Shown here: positions 49,388 to 62,400 of the stretch, in pieces
Numbering within the stretch: the stretch's first letter is position 1
Layout: the number at the start of each line of letters is the position of its first letter
Assembly: GCA_958009085.1 (NCBI GenBank)
Contig: OY253678.1
Coordinates: 868,001-932,000, forward strand
DNA length: 64,000 bases
Direction of reading: 5' to 3'
Source: Protoeuglena noctilucae
Lineage: Eukaryota
Position numbers and translations under genes: made by a program
Notes under the pieces: generated by a model
The model's input: only the letters and a program-made list of their open reading frames with translations
What the model was told of the DNA's origin: nothing
The model's database searches: none

Positions 49388-52300
49388 TCACTGCAGCGAC
49401 GCCGTCATCGCTGCCGCGTGGCTCGTGAGCATCTCCATGGCCTGGTCTGCTGCCGCACGCGCGTACACCGCCGAGAGCCACGGCCGCACCACCCTGTAGA
49501 CACCCAGGGGAGCGACAAACACGTCAGATTGTAACCATTGCAATGTGTCATATCCTTTTCCCGTCCTTATCACAACAACGGTGGACACGTCACGCCCCGA
49601 CCAGTGTCTTGTCCTGTGTCCCTATGTCCCACACCCACCGCCTCACCTCTCCGCAACTGTCCCCTCCACCTCTCTCGCCCCCACCCACCCACCCAACCAC
49701 CGCCTCACCTCTCCGCGGCCGTCCCCTCCACCGCCCCCTCCACCTCTCTCGCCGCCTCCGCCAGCCGCCCACGCGCCAGCGATGCCCGCGCCCTCCCAAG
49801 CGCCCCCTCCACCCCCGCAGTTGCCGATCCCAGACGCAAAGATGCAGCCACTCGACCCAGCCAGGAGGCGAGAGGGCCCGGAGCCGGGGAAGACGATGGC
49901 AGGAGGATGAGGGTGCTGGGGAGATGGGGTGGTGGGGTGGTGGGGTGAGGGAGTGAGGGAGAGAGAGGGAGTAAGGGGGGTTGGGCGAGATGGTAGGGGT
50001 TGCGCTGCCAGGGGTTGCGCTAGCGATGAGGGAATGGCGGGAGGAGTCTCACGTAAGCGACAGAAAACGCAGCTATGCTACTTCACTGTTCACGTCACCG
50101 CATCTCCTCTCCTACTCCCTCACCCAACCCACTCACCGCATCTCCTCCCCCACCATCTCCAGCTCCTTCATCAGCTCCGCGTGAGTCGCCATGCCCCCCC
50201 GCGCCCCCGCCATGTCCTCGAGCGTCGGCCTCAGTGCTGCGATCACCGGGTCCGTGGGCGCCAGCAGCAGTAGGGCAGAGACGTCCGCCCGGGTCGATCG
50301 CCCCGCCTCCAGGGAGGCACGCAGGGCCAGGGAGGCGTGGGACAGGCGGTGGACGTAGTGGGAGTAACTGCGAAAGGGTTAATAGCAAGGGATGTCAATG
50401 TGGTGGGAATAACTGCACAGGGAGGCGTGGGAGAGGCGGTGGACGTGGTGGGAGTAACTGCGGAGAGCAATGTGAGGGACAAGGGCGGTGGGTGTGGTGG
50501 GAGTAAGTGACTGCACAGAGTGATGCATGGGACAGACGGCGAGCGTGGCTGGGGAGCGCACGATCGAATGAGAGATAGAGTGGGGTTGACAAGCAATTGC
50601 AAGCCCCAGTCGCAGTCACAGTGCACCTCTGGTCATCCGACCGCCTCTGCAGTGCCTCCACCATCGCATGCACCAATCACAGCCAATCATAAACACACCT
50701 CTGGTCATCCGACCGCCTCTGCAGCGCCTCCGCCAGTGCGTTGGTCTTGGCCCGCAGTGCGTCCACCCCTCTGGCCATCTCTGCCCGCTCCGCCAGCGAC
50801 CGCTCGCTCCACTGCAACTGCGCGCGTGCCGCCTCCTCTTCGACCCTCGCGGTGGCCACCGCCTCCAAATGGGACCTGGAGATGGGAGTAGAAGAGAGGA
50901 GGAATAGGTGAAGAGGCATGGCGATTATTGGGACCTGACGATCGGAGCAGGACAGAGCAAGGGGCATTGGCAAGTCCGCCTGCGCTCGCTCTTCATGTTT
51001 CCATGTCCCACCGCTCTCGCCTCAATGCCGCCGCACCAGTCCCGCAACCCTACTCCCACCCCCGCCACCCCACTCCCACCACCCCACTCGCACCGCCCCA
51101 CTCCCACCACCCCACTCCCACCCCTACCACCCCCGCTACCCCACTCCCACCACCCCACTCCCCCTAAACCCCACACACACCTGAGGTCCTTCGCAAATTT
51201 CCTGTACTCGTGCCTCTGCCTGTCGTACTCGTCCTCCAGGTCCGCGATGTACCGCGCCGCATCCGCCAGCATGCGCTCCCGCTGCTGCAGCGCCCACTGC
51301 ACCTCCGCCACGCGCTCGGCCACCATCGTGGAAAGGGCGCCGGAGATGCCCTGGATATGAGAAGGGAAGCAGAGCGAAGCCACAAGTCATCGTTAGAAAG
51401 AGGGAGGTGAGAAAGTGGCTTAAAGGTCGACACCGATACCCACGTTGCGCCCATCCCAGCCCACCTGCCACCGCCACCGCTACCCGCGTCACACCCATCT
51501 CCCTCCCCCAGACCCCCTCACCTCGAGTGCTTGCTGGAACTGCTCCCTATCGCTCTCCGCCTGCCCCATCATCACTTCAAACGCTCGCCAGTCGTCCCTT
51601 GAGGCGACGCCCTTTGCCTTGGCCGCCTCAACCAATGCCTGCACCGACAGCTCGGCTCGCTCCCGCAGCCTCGCCTCGGCACCCACGTCGCGGGCGGCGC
51701 GGTTCGCCACGCGACGCACCTGCGGGTCAGGGATCGAAAGGGAATGGCCTTACGTGTTGCGAGCCGTGTGCGGTGTAACCCCACTCCATGACGTCTCATT
51801 GCATACCGACTTGTTAAAAGAGAAAGGGTTTGCACGGAGATACCAAAAGCAACCTGCGCCATGCCCTCTGTCTGCATCTCTTCTTTAGAAAAAAGCAGTG
51901 CCCCACATCACCCATCAACCCCGCCCCGCTCACGTGTGCCGGCACAGGCGGCATCTCCTCCACCGCGAAGTCCGCCTCCCGCCGCGTCTCTGGCTCTTCC
52001 GGCTCCAACTCCGGCAGACGCACGCGGCTCAGCGCAGCGATTGCCGCGTCTCTTGCCGCCTCCGCCTCCGCACCCGCACCCGCACCCCACGTGCCATCCT
52101 CCCCCCGCTCTGCGCCCGCGCCCTCTCCCGCCCTAGCGTCCGCAACCTGCGCCGACGCATTATCTTCGTCCCCTGACCCCTCCTCCGCCCCTCCGGCCTT
52201 CGACACCTCTCCCACTGCCCCCTCCACTCCCTCCCGTGACATGCGCATTGCCTCCGCCTCTCTCCCTCCCCCGTCGTGCGCCAACAGCGCCTCGCTCCAC

Positions 52301-53311
52301 ACCTGCCGCACCGCGTCGATCTCTGCCTCCGTCGGTGCGACCCTCGCCACCACTGCGGCACACAGTAAGCGAGGCAAGGGGATTGAGAGAGGGTAACGTT
52401 GATGCTTTGCGGCTGCAAGGGACAGGCAGGACTAGGCACAGAGCACGATAAGGGGGCTGGGACGACATCGGCACTCAGATGGCGGCAAGCCACGGGCAGG
52501 ACGCGACATGCATCCCATCATAAACCGCATCGCGTGTTGTGTAAGCCCACGCACCGGCATGCTCGGGTGCCGGCGACTCATCTCCCGCCTCCGCTGCGCC
52601 CTCCTTCGCGCTGCTGGGCGCCTCTCCCTCTCCCACTCCCGCACCCGACCCATCTTGCCCCGCCACCGCTCCCTCTCCCCACCTCCCCTGCACTTCCACC
52701 TCGCCCCCACCCTGTTGCCCCTCGCTGTCCTTCTCCTGCGCCCCCGCCTGACCATCCCCTTCGCCCTCTTTGGAAAGAGCAGCGGGTGCGGGTGCAGGTG
52801 CGGGTGCGGGTGTGGTGGCGATGGCGGGCGTGGGTGGCACTGGGGTCCTGGTCACTTGCGGGAAGTCGTCCAAAGGCACACCGTGGGGCTTGCGGGGCGC
52901 CCACACGGCTTGCGAGCGGTCCTGCGGGGACTCAAACCGGGGATCCCGTCGACGCATGGGGCCGCGAGGTGCGGTGCGCCAGGGGCCGCCCTCCTCGCCC
53001 CCTTGCGGCCCAGCCCCGGCCCAGCCTCGCCTGCGACCCCGTGTAGGCGTAGACGCCGCCCATCGCCGCGAGGGTGACTGCGAGGTGGCGGATGTCAAGC
53101 GGCAGGGAAGGGTGCAGAAGCCACTTGGTGTGCGTGCGGGCCTTCCTGCGAGAAGAAACGGGCTCCGGGGAGGCGTCGGGCGGGGGGAGAAGGCATGAAA
53201 AGCACATGCGCGAAGGAGATCGGCGCGGGCGCAGCGCAGGGCGGAATTGCGCGAAGGCCGGAGGCGGGAGGGACGCGCCGTGGCGAGTGCGGCGCCGGGA
53301 CGGGGCCATCG
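49388..53311 (-). CDS. Hypothetical multi-exon coiled-coil protein (start uncertain)
   Basis: Helical exons bounded by splice sites: GISGALSTMVAERVAEVQWALQQRERML..., VRRVANRAARDVGAEARLRERAELSVQAL..., SHLEAVATARVEEEAARAQLQW... and a last exon ...AAAMTASLQ*. Confidence 0.6.
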
Positions 53312-53490
53312 CGTTCGCGATCGCCGCGCTCACATGAAAGAGGTTCCCTGCTCAGGAGGCCCGGAGGCGAAGCGTGCGACGGCGCGGAGGGCGGGGAGAT
53401 CCAGCCCCGCAAGTGCCGCGGCGATCGCCCGCACCCCCGCCCTCCTCGCGCGCCGCATCGGACCCATGGCGCCCCAGATGCTCTCCGGAT

Positions 53491-56400
53491 ATGTCAAAGA
53501 AGCGCAAGCACGCGAGCGCCTGCGAGCATCGCGCCGGGGCCGGTGGGACCAAGTGTGAGACGCTGGCGTGCAGGCATGCGAGAAACGAAGCGCGCACCCT
53601 GCGTTTCCAGGTCAGCAGGCGTTTGCCGGACGTGGCGAAGAGGCGTGCGCGGGACGGGAGTGCGCGTGCAAAGAGCTCAGAGGTCCGCTGGAATTTTGCA
53701 ATGCCTGCTTGCCTCGCCAGGGCTCTTACGTCGGGCCCAACACGCAGCAGACATGACAGCACAACGGCGTAGGCATCAGCGGACGGGATGTTGAAGGCGG
53801 CCGACGCCAGACACACCTCGCGAGGTGTGTCTGTGCGCGTGATTTCGTTTCAGAGGTAGCTGTCGACCAACTCTTCTAACAGATGACAGCGTGGAGCTAG
53901 TTGTGAGGTTGTGGCTTATCGGATCGGCTAGGCTATCAGATCCGCCGCTGCCGCCGCTGCGGCACTGCAGGCAGGTCCCAGCGATCTGATCGCGGCCCGA
54001 CCGTGCCACCGAGCCCCACAGGGGATTCAGGACATATGCCGCGCGGTACGTCGTTCCTCGAAGTCCTCTGCTGCGCCCTGCAGCAGCTGTTTCCCGCTTT
54101 GTCAAGTCAACAACCCTGTCCTGCGCAGGAGGCCGTAAGAAGACTGCCGCACAGGCCTCCGGAAAGCAACAGAAGCCCCGCAAGAAGCCCAAGAACGCCA
54201 AGGGATCCTCAGGCGCCCAGCCTCGGGTTGAAATCAAGGTCTTTCCGGCGCTGAGGCGCCTCTCCAGTTCGCAGCACTCATCTATCAGTGCGGGCAGCGA
54301 GCGGTCCATGAAAAGCGAGCCCATGAAGTGGCCCCCGAACGCGGATGAAAAGAAGGAAAACTTCGTCGTGATCGAGTGGGGAGGGCAGTTGCAGGAGCCC
54401 GTCGAAGGCCAGGAGGGCGGGTCCCGGGCGCAGTCGGGGGCAGATGCGGGACCTTCGCAGTCGAGGTGGGTCTCCCGTGTTGACGCCACCTCGGGCAACG
54501 ATTCCAACGATTGCTGAGCATTTATTGTTGGTTCCAGCGTCGCTTTTGCGTCCGCGTTGGCCGGCCCGGCTTCCCTGCGCCTAGCTGCACCCACAGCGCG
54601 CTGCCGCACGCTGCCACAAAAAAAAGCGCCCTGCGCATCTCTACGCAGTGACAAGGACCTGGAGGAGCAGAAGCGTGACCCTTCCGACCCCGTGGCGTTC
54701 TTCGAGAGCGCGGCGTTGGACTTTTACGAGGACGACGAGCCGACCAACTGCTTGGAAATTCGGGAAGGGAGCTTCGTGGAGCTGAGGGACGAGCTCATCA
54801 AGGGCGGGGTCAAGCTCGAGCCCCCCAAAAAACGGCCGTTCGTTGCTGAGGTGAGAGCGACGGCGGCAAGCGGGGCATCTGTGGCCCAACCGACCCACAC
54901 AGCTGCCACGTGCGCTGGGCCCGACTGCCTTGTGCCATGATGCGCTGTGCGCGTTTGGCCGTTCGCAGGTGTTGAAGCTTTTCCAGACCGGGGACGGCCG
55001 CCGGATGATGGAGGTCAGGTTCTTTCACCGATTGGAAAACACGGCCATTACGGAGAAGCACGGCTCCGGCAAGAAAAAGGACGACGACGACGGCGACGAG
55101 GAGGATGAGGAGGAGGAGGAGGAGGACAGCCAGAGGGACAAGATTGACGCAGCTCGAGAGAAGGAGGCGAGTGGCCGGGGCAGGGCGCACTGCGGAGCTG
55201 TTTCGTATGCCCGCCTACCATCGTCCACACCATCCCCTGTGGTTGCGTAGACTATGCAGTCCTGCCGCGTCTCCTAGGCACCTGCTCTCACTCCCCCCAC
55301 CACGCCCCCTCCCTTGCAGTTCCCCTGGTACCACTTCAAGGTGCACGGGGTCAAGCCCGGCGACAAATTGGACGGCCGGCTTTATTCGGAGCAGATATGG
55401 CTAAACCAGTCCGAAGGGACGCTGAGGTACTGCGACCTGCACCGGGTATGGAGGGTGGTGACGGTCAAGTTCGTGCAGGTGGAGTGGTGAGATGCGGGTG
55501 CGGGTGGTGGGGGAGGTCGTGAGATGCGTTTGTGGGTGGTGGGGGAGGTCAAATTTGTGCGTTTGGCTCGGTCAGGATAGAGACGGCAGCTTGTTTTTGC
55601 ACGCACGCGCTCATAGCTCGCTCCAGCCCCACGCTCTCGCTCACCCCACGCACTCTCTCTACCCCCACACGCCCGTGCCCTCACCCCACGCAACCCCCAC
55701 CCTTCCCTACAGCGAGAAGGGCGCAGGCAAGCGGTTGTGGAGTATGCCGGAGGAGCGTGACAGAGCGACGCGGGAAGGGTATGATTATTGGTATTGGGCC
55801 ACGCACCGCAAGGTGTTTATGGAGTTTTCTCGCGTGGAGCACGATGACGTAGCTCGTCTGGTGCCGGGGGGCCCGTGGCCCGAGCACTGGGCTAAAGAGT
55901 CTGGCATGCGGGCGGCATTGGAGAGGCGCAAGGAGCGAGAGGCGGGGGAGGGCTCTGGGGTAGCGATGGGGAAGGCGACGGAAGAGGAATCAGGGATGGC
56001 GATGGGGGCGGGCGGCGAGGGGGAGTCACAGGTCACGGGGGAGCCAAGGGAGAAGCGTGTGCTGCGGATGTTGGATCTGTTCAGGTAAGGGATTGGGGCT
56101 GGCGGCGAGGCAAGGCACCGTGTGCGCACCTGTGCGTGAGACCCATCTCACTTCCCCATCTCACCCCTCTCTCTCACCCCCCGTCCACCACTCTCTCTCC
56201 CCGCTTCTCCTATCTGAACCCCTCACCCCCCATCCACCCCTTCTCAACCCCCCAGCGGCTGCGGTGGCCTGTCATTCATGGACGGCGACAGCGACGGCTG
56301 TGTCATTAAGACCCTATGGGCCGTGGACGTGAACAAGGCGGCGCTCAACAGCTTCCAATTGAACTACCAGGACGCCCAGACGTTTCAGGACGTGAGGGGC

Positions 56401-59400
56401 GGTGCGGGGGTAGCATGCGTGTACCTGTTAACTGTGCGGTGATGGTGGTTGTGGTGGTTGTGGTGGGTGGTTGTGGTGTGGGTGGGTAGGTAAGAGAGGG
56501 TAAAGTGTTGGTGTGTAGAAACGAGGTGTGGCTGCGGGGGGGCTCTCCAGCCCCCTAGTCTTTTTTACTGCCTCACGATAGGAGATCGCCACTCCCACCG
56601 CAGGGCACCGAGCACTTCCTGGCGCTGTGTCAGTTGGTGGAGGACAGGTATACTGCGATATTGGCAAAGGGCGAGGAGTACGTGGCGAGGATGAGGGGGG
56701 AGATTGAAGACAGTGATAGCGAGAGCGGCATGGACAGCGACAGCAATGCCGATGGCAGCAGCTGCAGGGTGCGGGAGATCAAGGTGAGAGGGGAGGAGAG
56801 GACTGCAGTCGCGTCCGCTTTTGACGCTGCCGCGCTCACCACACCACACCGCCCATCGTTCGCACGCGCACCCTCGTCCATCGCCCTTCACCCACTCCAC
56901 CTCTCGCCCTCACTGCCCCCTCCTGCTCCCCCGCAGGACATCAAGGTCCAGATCAAGCCGTGCTACCGCCATGGCGAGCCCGACTCCATCTTTGTGTACG
57001 AGGGCAGCTTGGACGGGGATGGCGATGAGGGAGAGGAGGATGGGCTGGGCGACGAGGAGGGCGAGAAAGGGGCTGGGGGGACGGCTGCGGTCAGGAAGGG
57101 CAAGCCCGAAATTTGGGAGATCGCCAGACCCACCGAGTGAGAAGGGGAGGGGTGAAGGGGCGGCGAGGGAACGTGCTTTGGTTGATACCGTGCTGTGCGA
57201 TGCATGTGGCGGAGTGAACGTGCTCTGGGCAACAACTCACGCATTTGATCATCCTCACGTCTCATGCCATCCTCATATCTCCTTTTGTGCAACACAGGAA
57301 GAAGCATTTCGAGCTCATGTACCTGGTCGCCTGGGCCGGCGAAGACGCCAACGGTTACCCCCACGCCGACACATGGCTGCCCGAGAGCGTGGTCAATGCC
57401 CCTCAGCTCGTCGACAAGTGTGTGGTGCGGATGGTGGAGGAGCTGCGCATTCCGACTCGGGGGACGGTCGACGTCATCGCCGGTGGCCCGCCCTGCCAGG
57501 GCATCTCGGGGCTCAACAAGAATCGCAAAACCTGCGATGAGATTGAGAACTTCTTCCGGGTGGTGGACGAGGGTGAGGGGCTGCATGGGGTGGGCATGGC
57601 ATGCTATGGTGTATGTGATGTTTAGTTTCGGTGGGGTGAGGGCGGCGGGGCATACGCGATGTGCATGGGGTGAGGCCTCACCCCACCCCGCCCCACCCTC
57701 GCCCCTCTACCCCGCACCTCCACCGCTTGCCTCAACCCACCCCTGCCACCCCATCCCACCGCACCCTGCCCTTGCCGCCCCACCCCATCCCACCCTCGCC
57801 CCTCCCCCCAGACCCCCGCAACCGCCAGGGCCCCGTCTTCTGGTCGATCGTTGAATGGTTCAAGCCGTCGTATGCATTGATGGAGAACGTTGTGGATATC
57901 GTCAAGTACAAGGGTGGGACCTACCTCAACTACTGCCTCGTCAAGGTCCTGGGCATCGGGTACCAGGCGAGTTGGTATTGAGGTTTTGTTGGTGCTGGTA
58001 TCGGTATCGGTATCGGTATTGGTATTTGTATTTGTATTGGAGTTGGTGTTGGTGTCAGTGTTGGGCACCGCATATGTCACCTCGTGCCAGTGCATGTTTC
58101 ATGGCACGTGTTCCCGCATCTACCCATCCACATGTAACCCCACACCCCACCCCACCCAGCGCAGTGCCGCGTCGGCTGCCTCACCGCGGCGCAGTTCGGT
58201 GCGCCCCAGGGCCGCGCCCGCATCTTCCTGGTGGCTGCAAGGCCCGAGGAGGCATTGCCGCCCATGCCCCTCCCCACGCACCGCCCTTGGTTTGACACAA
58301 CGATCAACCTGCCCCAGGCCGTCAAGCAGTGCTTCATGGTGAGTGAGGGTTTGGCTATGTGGACGACAGCACTGCTCAGTACCAGTGAAATGGTGAGCGG
58401 GGTTGGCGCCAATATTGACTTGCCGACAGCCGTCCAACAATGCGCCGTGATGAGCGGGTGTGCGGTTATTTAGATAACAATGGTTGACAGGGGCGTTACA
58501 TGGCGTCGCAACAAAACTATCCCAACATAAGCCCCTCCTCACCCCAGAGATAAAGAAATGACAGGATGGTCTGTGTAAACCGTCTGACTCCACCTCTTCC
58601 CCCACTCATGCAGAAATACGAGAATCTGTCTCCCGATATTTACTCGCAACTGTGGGATCCGGTGCTGGTGGGGGATGCCCTCACCGACCTGCCTCCGGTG
58701 GACAACTGGAGGCGAGTGCGACTGTGACGGGGCGTGGTAGAATGTGACGTGGTAACATGGTCTGATATGATGGTATGTTGGTGCAGCGTGCTACGGTGCA
58801 TGTCGCAGTTTGACGCATGCCACCCCACGCCATCCACCACCCGAACCCAAGCCATGCACCACCCCACGCTATCCCTACGGACACCCTTACTGGCACGATT
58901 TGCATGACCCTTAGGTGACACTATTAGGGTTACCGAGTAGTACTCGGTAACCCTAATATAGTCAGTCGACATTGCCCGCCGCCCCTCACCCCGCCCCGCA
59001 CCCCCCAATAACCCGCAGCATCTCTGAGCACCTCCCGTACGCCCGCCCCCCGCAAACGCCCTACCAGCGCTACATGCGCCGCCCGCCGCCCAGGCAAGCC
59101 CAGCAATGCGTGTGGCGCTTTTGTGTTCTCTCCTAGGCACAGCACCCTTCACTGCGCATGCGCAGCACCCTTGTTGTCGATCAATTCATGTCGTTGCCAT
59201 TCTCGTCGTCACTGTCACTCTCGTGGTAACCGTCACTGGCATTGTCATGGTCATCGTCACTGTACCGTCACTCTAATTATCGTTGCCATCGTCATCGCAA
59301 CTCGCTCCCCTTTCGCGCAGGGATGCTGCCAGCTTGGAGTCCCGCCTGTCACAGGCTGACCCCCACCTCCGCAGCCAGCTCGACGCCATACGCAACGCCG

Positions 59401-62400
59401 TCAACTCGATGTGAGTGGCCGGGGTGGACGTTAATCGATTGCTATTGGATCAGTGTCAGTCGAAGTGCATGTGAATGGGTGTGGATGTGTTAGTGACTTT
59501 AAAAATGGTATCTTTTTCATTAGCTTCTCATTAATGTCTCTCTTGCTCTTTCTCTCCCCGCAGATCCACGGAAGCTCTGGGCCTGACGCAGACCACCCGG
59601 GGCGCCAACAGCAAGTGGGAGGAGTACGGGGCGGAGCGCATCGCGGGTGAGGGGGTGGTGGGCAACCGCAACAGCGGTTGATGTGGGAGGAGCATGTAGC
59701 TGAGCCGATCGCCGGTGAGGGGATGGGATGGGGTGGAAGTGGTTGATTGAAACTGACACAGTGCGTGACTCAGCATTGCTTGCTCTGCCGTATCATCATC
59801 ACCCCACCACCCTGCCACTCCACCACTCCACCACTCCCTCACCCTCACCCCACCCCACCCCACCACCACCCTCACCCCACTCCACCACCGCCACTTTGCC
59901 ACCCTCACCACTCCCCACTCCCCCCCTCACCCACTCTGCCACCCTTGCCCCCACCCCCGCAGCCGCATCGCAGCTGCCCCACTACTCCACCCACACACTC
60001 CGCCACCCTCACCCGACCCTCGCCCCCACCCCCGCAGCCGCTCGGCTGGACCAGAGCAAAGCTTTGGAATTGCAAGAGGAGAAAGATCAAGAACTCCAGC
60101 AGCCGAAGAAGCGGCAGCGGGTATCGAAGGCAAAGGGAAAGGGAAAGGGAAAGGCAAAGGCAGGGGGGGGTGCGGGGTCAAGGGGGGGGGATGGGGATGG
60201 GGTGGGGCAAAGCGGGGGTGGTGGGGATGGGGTGGGGGGTGAGGGGGTGGGGGATGGGGTGGGGAATGGGGCAGGAGATGGGGAGATGGGAGAGGAGGAG
60301 GAGGATCAGGACGCAGCGGCAAAGTTTGCAAACGAGGTGAGGGGTGGTGGGGTGTTGATTTGAATCCTCACACGTTTCAGCACCCTCAACATGCAGACCC
60401 CCACACCCTCGCACCCACACCCACACCCACACCCACACCCACACCCACACCCACACCCACACCCGCACCCACCTTGTGACTGCCCCCTGTGTTTTGCAAG
60501 CCTCTCACCTCGCAGCTCTCTCTCCGCAGGTGTACGCCACCCACATCCACCACGTCTGCAGCCAGGTGCCCAATGCGAGTGGCGTGGTGGAGGCGGGCAA
60601 GGGCGGTTACATCGACAAGTGAGGGAGCATATGGACATGGACGCAGATTACATAATGTTGCATATGATGGTACATGTGATGGAGCCTTTTCTCACCCACC
60701 CCACACCCTCGACATCCATTCACACCCACCCCATGATCGCTTATTGCCCCTCACCACCCCTTGTCACCCAACCCCACTCCCCATGCTAAGTAACCCTGAC
60801 CCACCCACTCCCTCACCACCCCTCGTCACCCACCCACTCCCTCACCACCCCTTGTCACCCATCCCCACTTCCTCACCACCCCTCCTCACTCCCTCACCCA
60901 CCCCCTCTCCCCCGCAGCTGTGTGGGCCTCTCTTGCACCCACGAGGCCCTCTTGCTGGGCCAGCAGCTGAGGGAGAGCGTGGCGAGGGAAGAGGAGGCGG
61001 CGGAGAGACGGGAGCGAGACAGGGAGGTGAGGGGATAACTGTTCTGTTTGCAGTAGTAGTTATATAGTGGTTACATAGTAATGGTTGGTCACGGTAAGGT
61101 TACAGTAAAGGGGGAGGCTGAAGAGGAAGTGGCAGAGAGACGGGAGCAAGACCGGGAGGTGAGGGGGTCTGTGGAGAATGAGAGGGGTGGGGAGGTGTTT
61201 AAGAGCGCCCTTTCACGCCTCACTGCCACCCTCGCCCTCACTGCCACCCTCCACACCCACCCCACTCACCCCAACCCCCACCCCCCCGCAGCTGCGCCTG
61301 CTCTACACCGTCCAATCCCACCGCCCACTCACTCTAAACATCGAAGACTATCTGCGAGTGTGTGCGGTGCCGAAGAGGGCGCCTTACGAGTGCGGGGATG
61401 ACGAGCGCGCGAATAGGCTCTATTACAACTTCCGTGACATGCCGGGGGTGGTGAACGGGGAGGGGAAGTCGGTGTGCGTGGGGCACTGGTGAGGGAGTGG
61501 TGTGGGTGTGGGTGTGTGTGCGTGGGGCACTGGTGAGTGGTGAGGGGGTGGGTCTGTTGATGTGTGGATGTGCGTAATGCACTGGTGCGGGTGTGGGTGT
61601 GGACGTGGGTGTATGTGCGTGTGTGTTTTGTGTGGGTGGGTGTGCGTGGGGCACCAGCCACCCTCGCCCTCGCCCTCGCCCTCACCCTGACCCTGACCCT
61701 CACCCCCCCCCCCCCCCGCCCCAGCCACGCCCCCATCACCTTCACCAAGCACAGAAAGACGAAGGTGGTGACAGAGCACGTCCCCTGCCGCTCCCGCACG
61801 CGCATCGTATCTCTCACCTGGAAGCGGGGCATGGCGCGGCCCAGGGTCGACATCCGCGAGAAGTGGGTGAGTGGGTGGGGATGGGCATGGATGGGGATGG
61901 ATGGGGGGAGGTGAAGGTGCAGTGCTGCAACCGGGGGTGTGGCGTGTACTGGCATCACAGTTGCACTTCACAGGGACAGATTACAGTTGCAGCTTTCCAT
62001 TGCCACGCGCCTCTCTGCCCACACCCGGGCGATTGCGACCCTTGCCCCCGCCAACCCCGCTCCCCACTCCCGCCCACCCACACCCACCCACAAGGCTACC
62101 CACTCCCCGCCACCCGCAGACTTTCCGGTGCACGGGCGCCCGCTGGTGCATGGCCTACACAGTGGTGAGCGTCATGTACTATGAACCTCATGCAATGCAT
62201 GCAACCGTAAGCTAGCGTCGATCGTTGCTCCGTCGGTCCCAGTCATTGCCACCCCTCTCTCTTCCCACCCCCATTGCCACCCACTCTTCTCTCTTCCCAC
62301 CCACCTGCCCCTCTCCGCGGCTCCTCCCCACCAACAACCCCTCCCTCACCCACCTATCACCCACACCCACACTGCTACCCACACCCACACCCACACCCAC

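Noticed and set aside
58911..58924. TTAGGTGACACTAT matches 14 nt of the SP6 promoter
   Set aside because: The match is incomplete, there is no other vector sequence nearby, and it lies within a coherent intron. Treated as coincidence, though raw reads could be checked.
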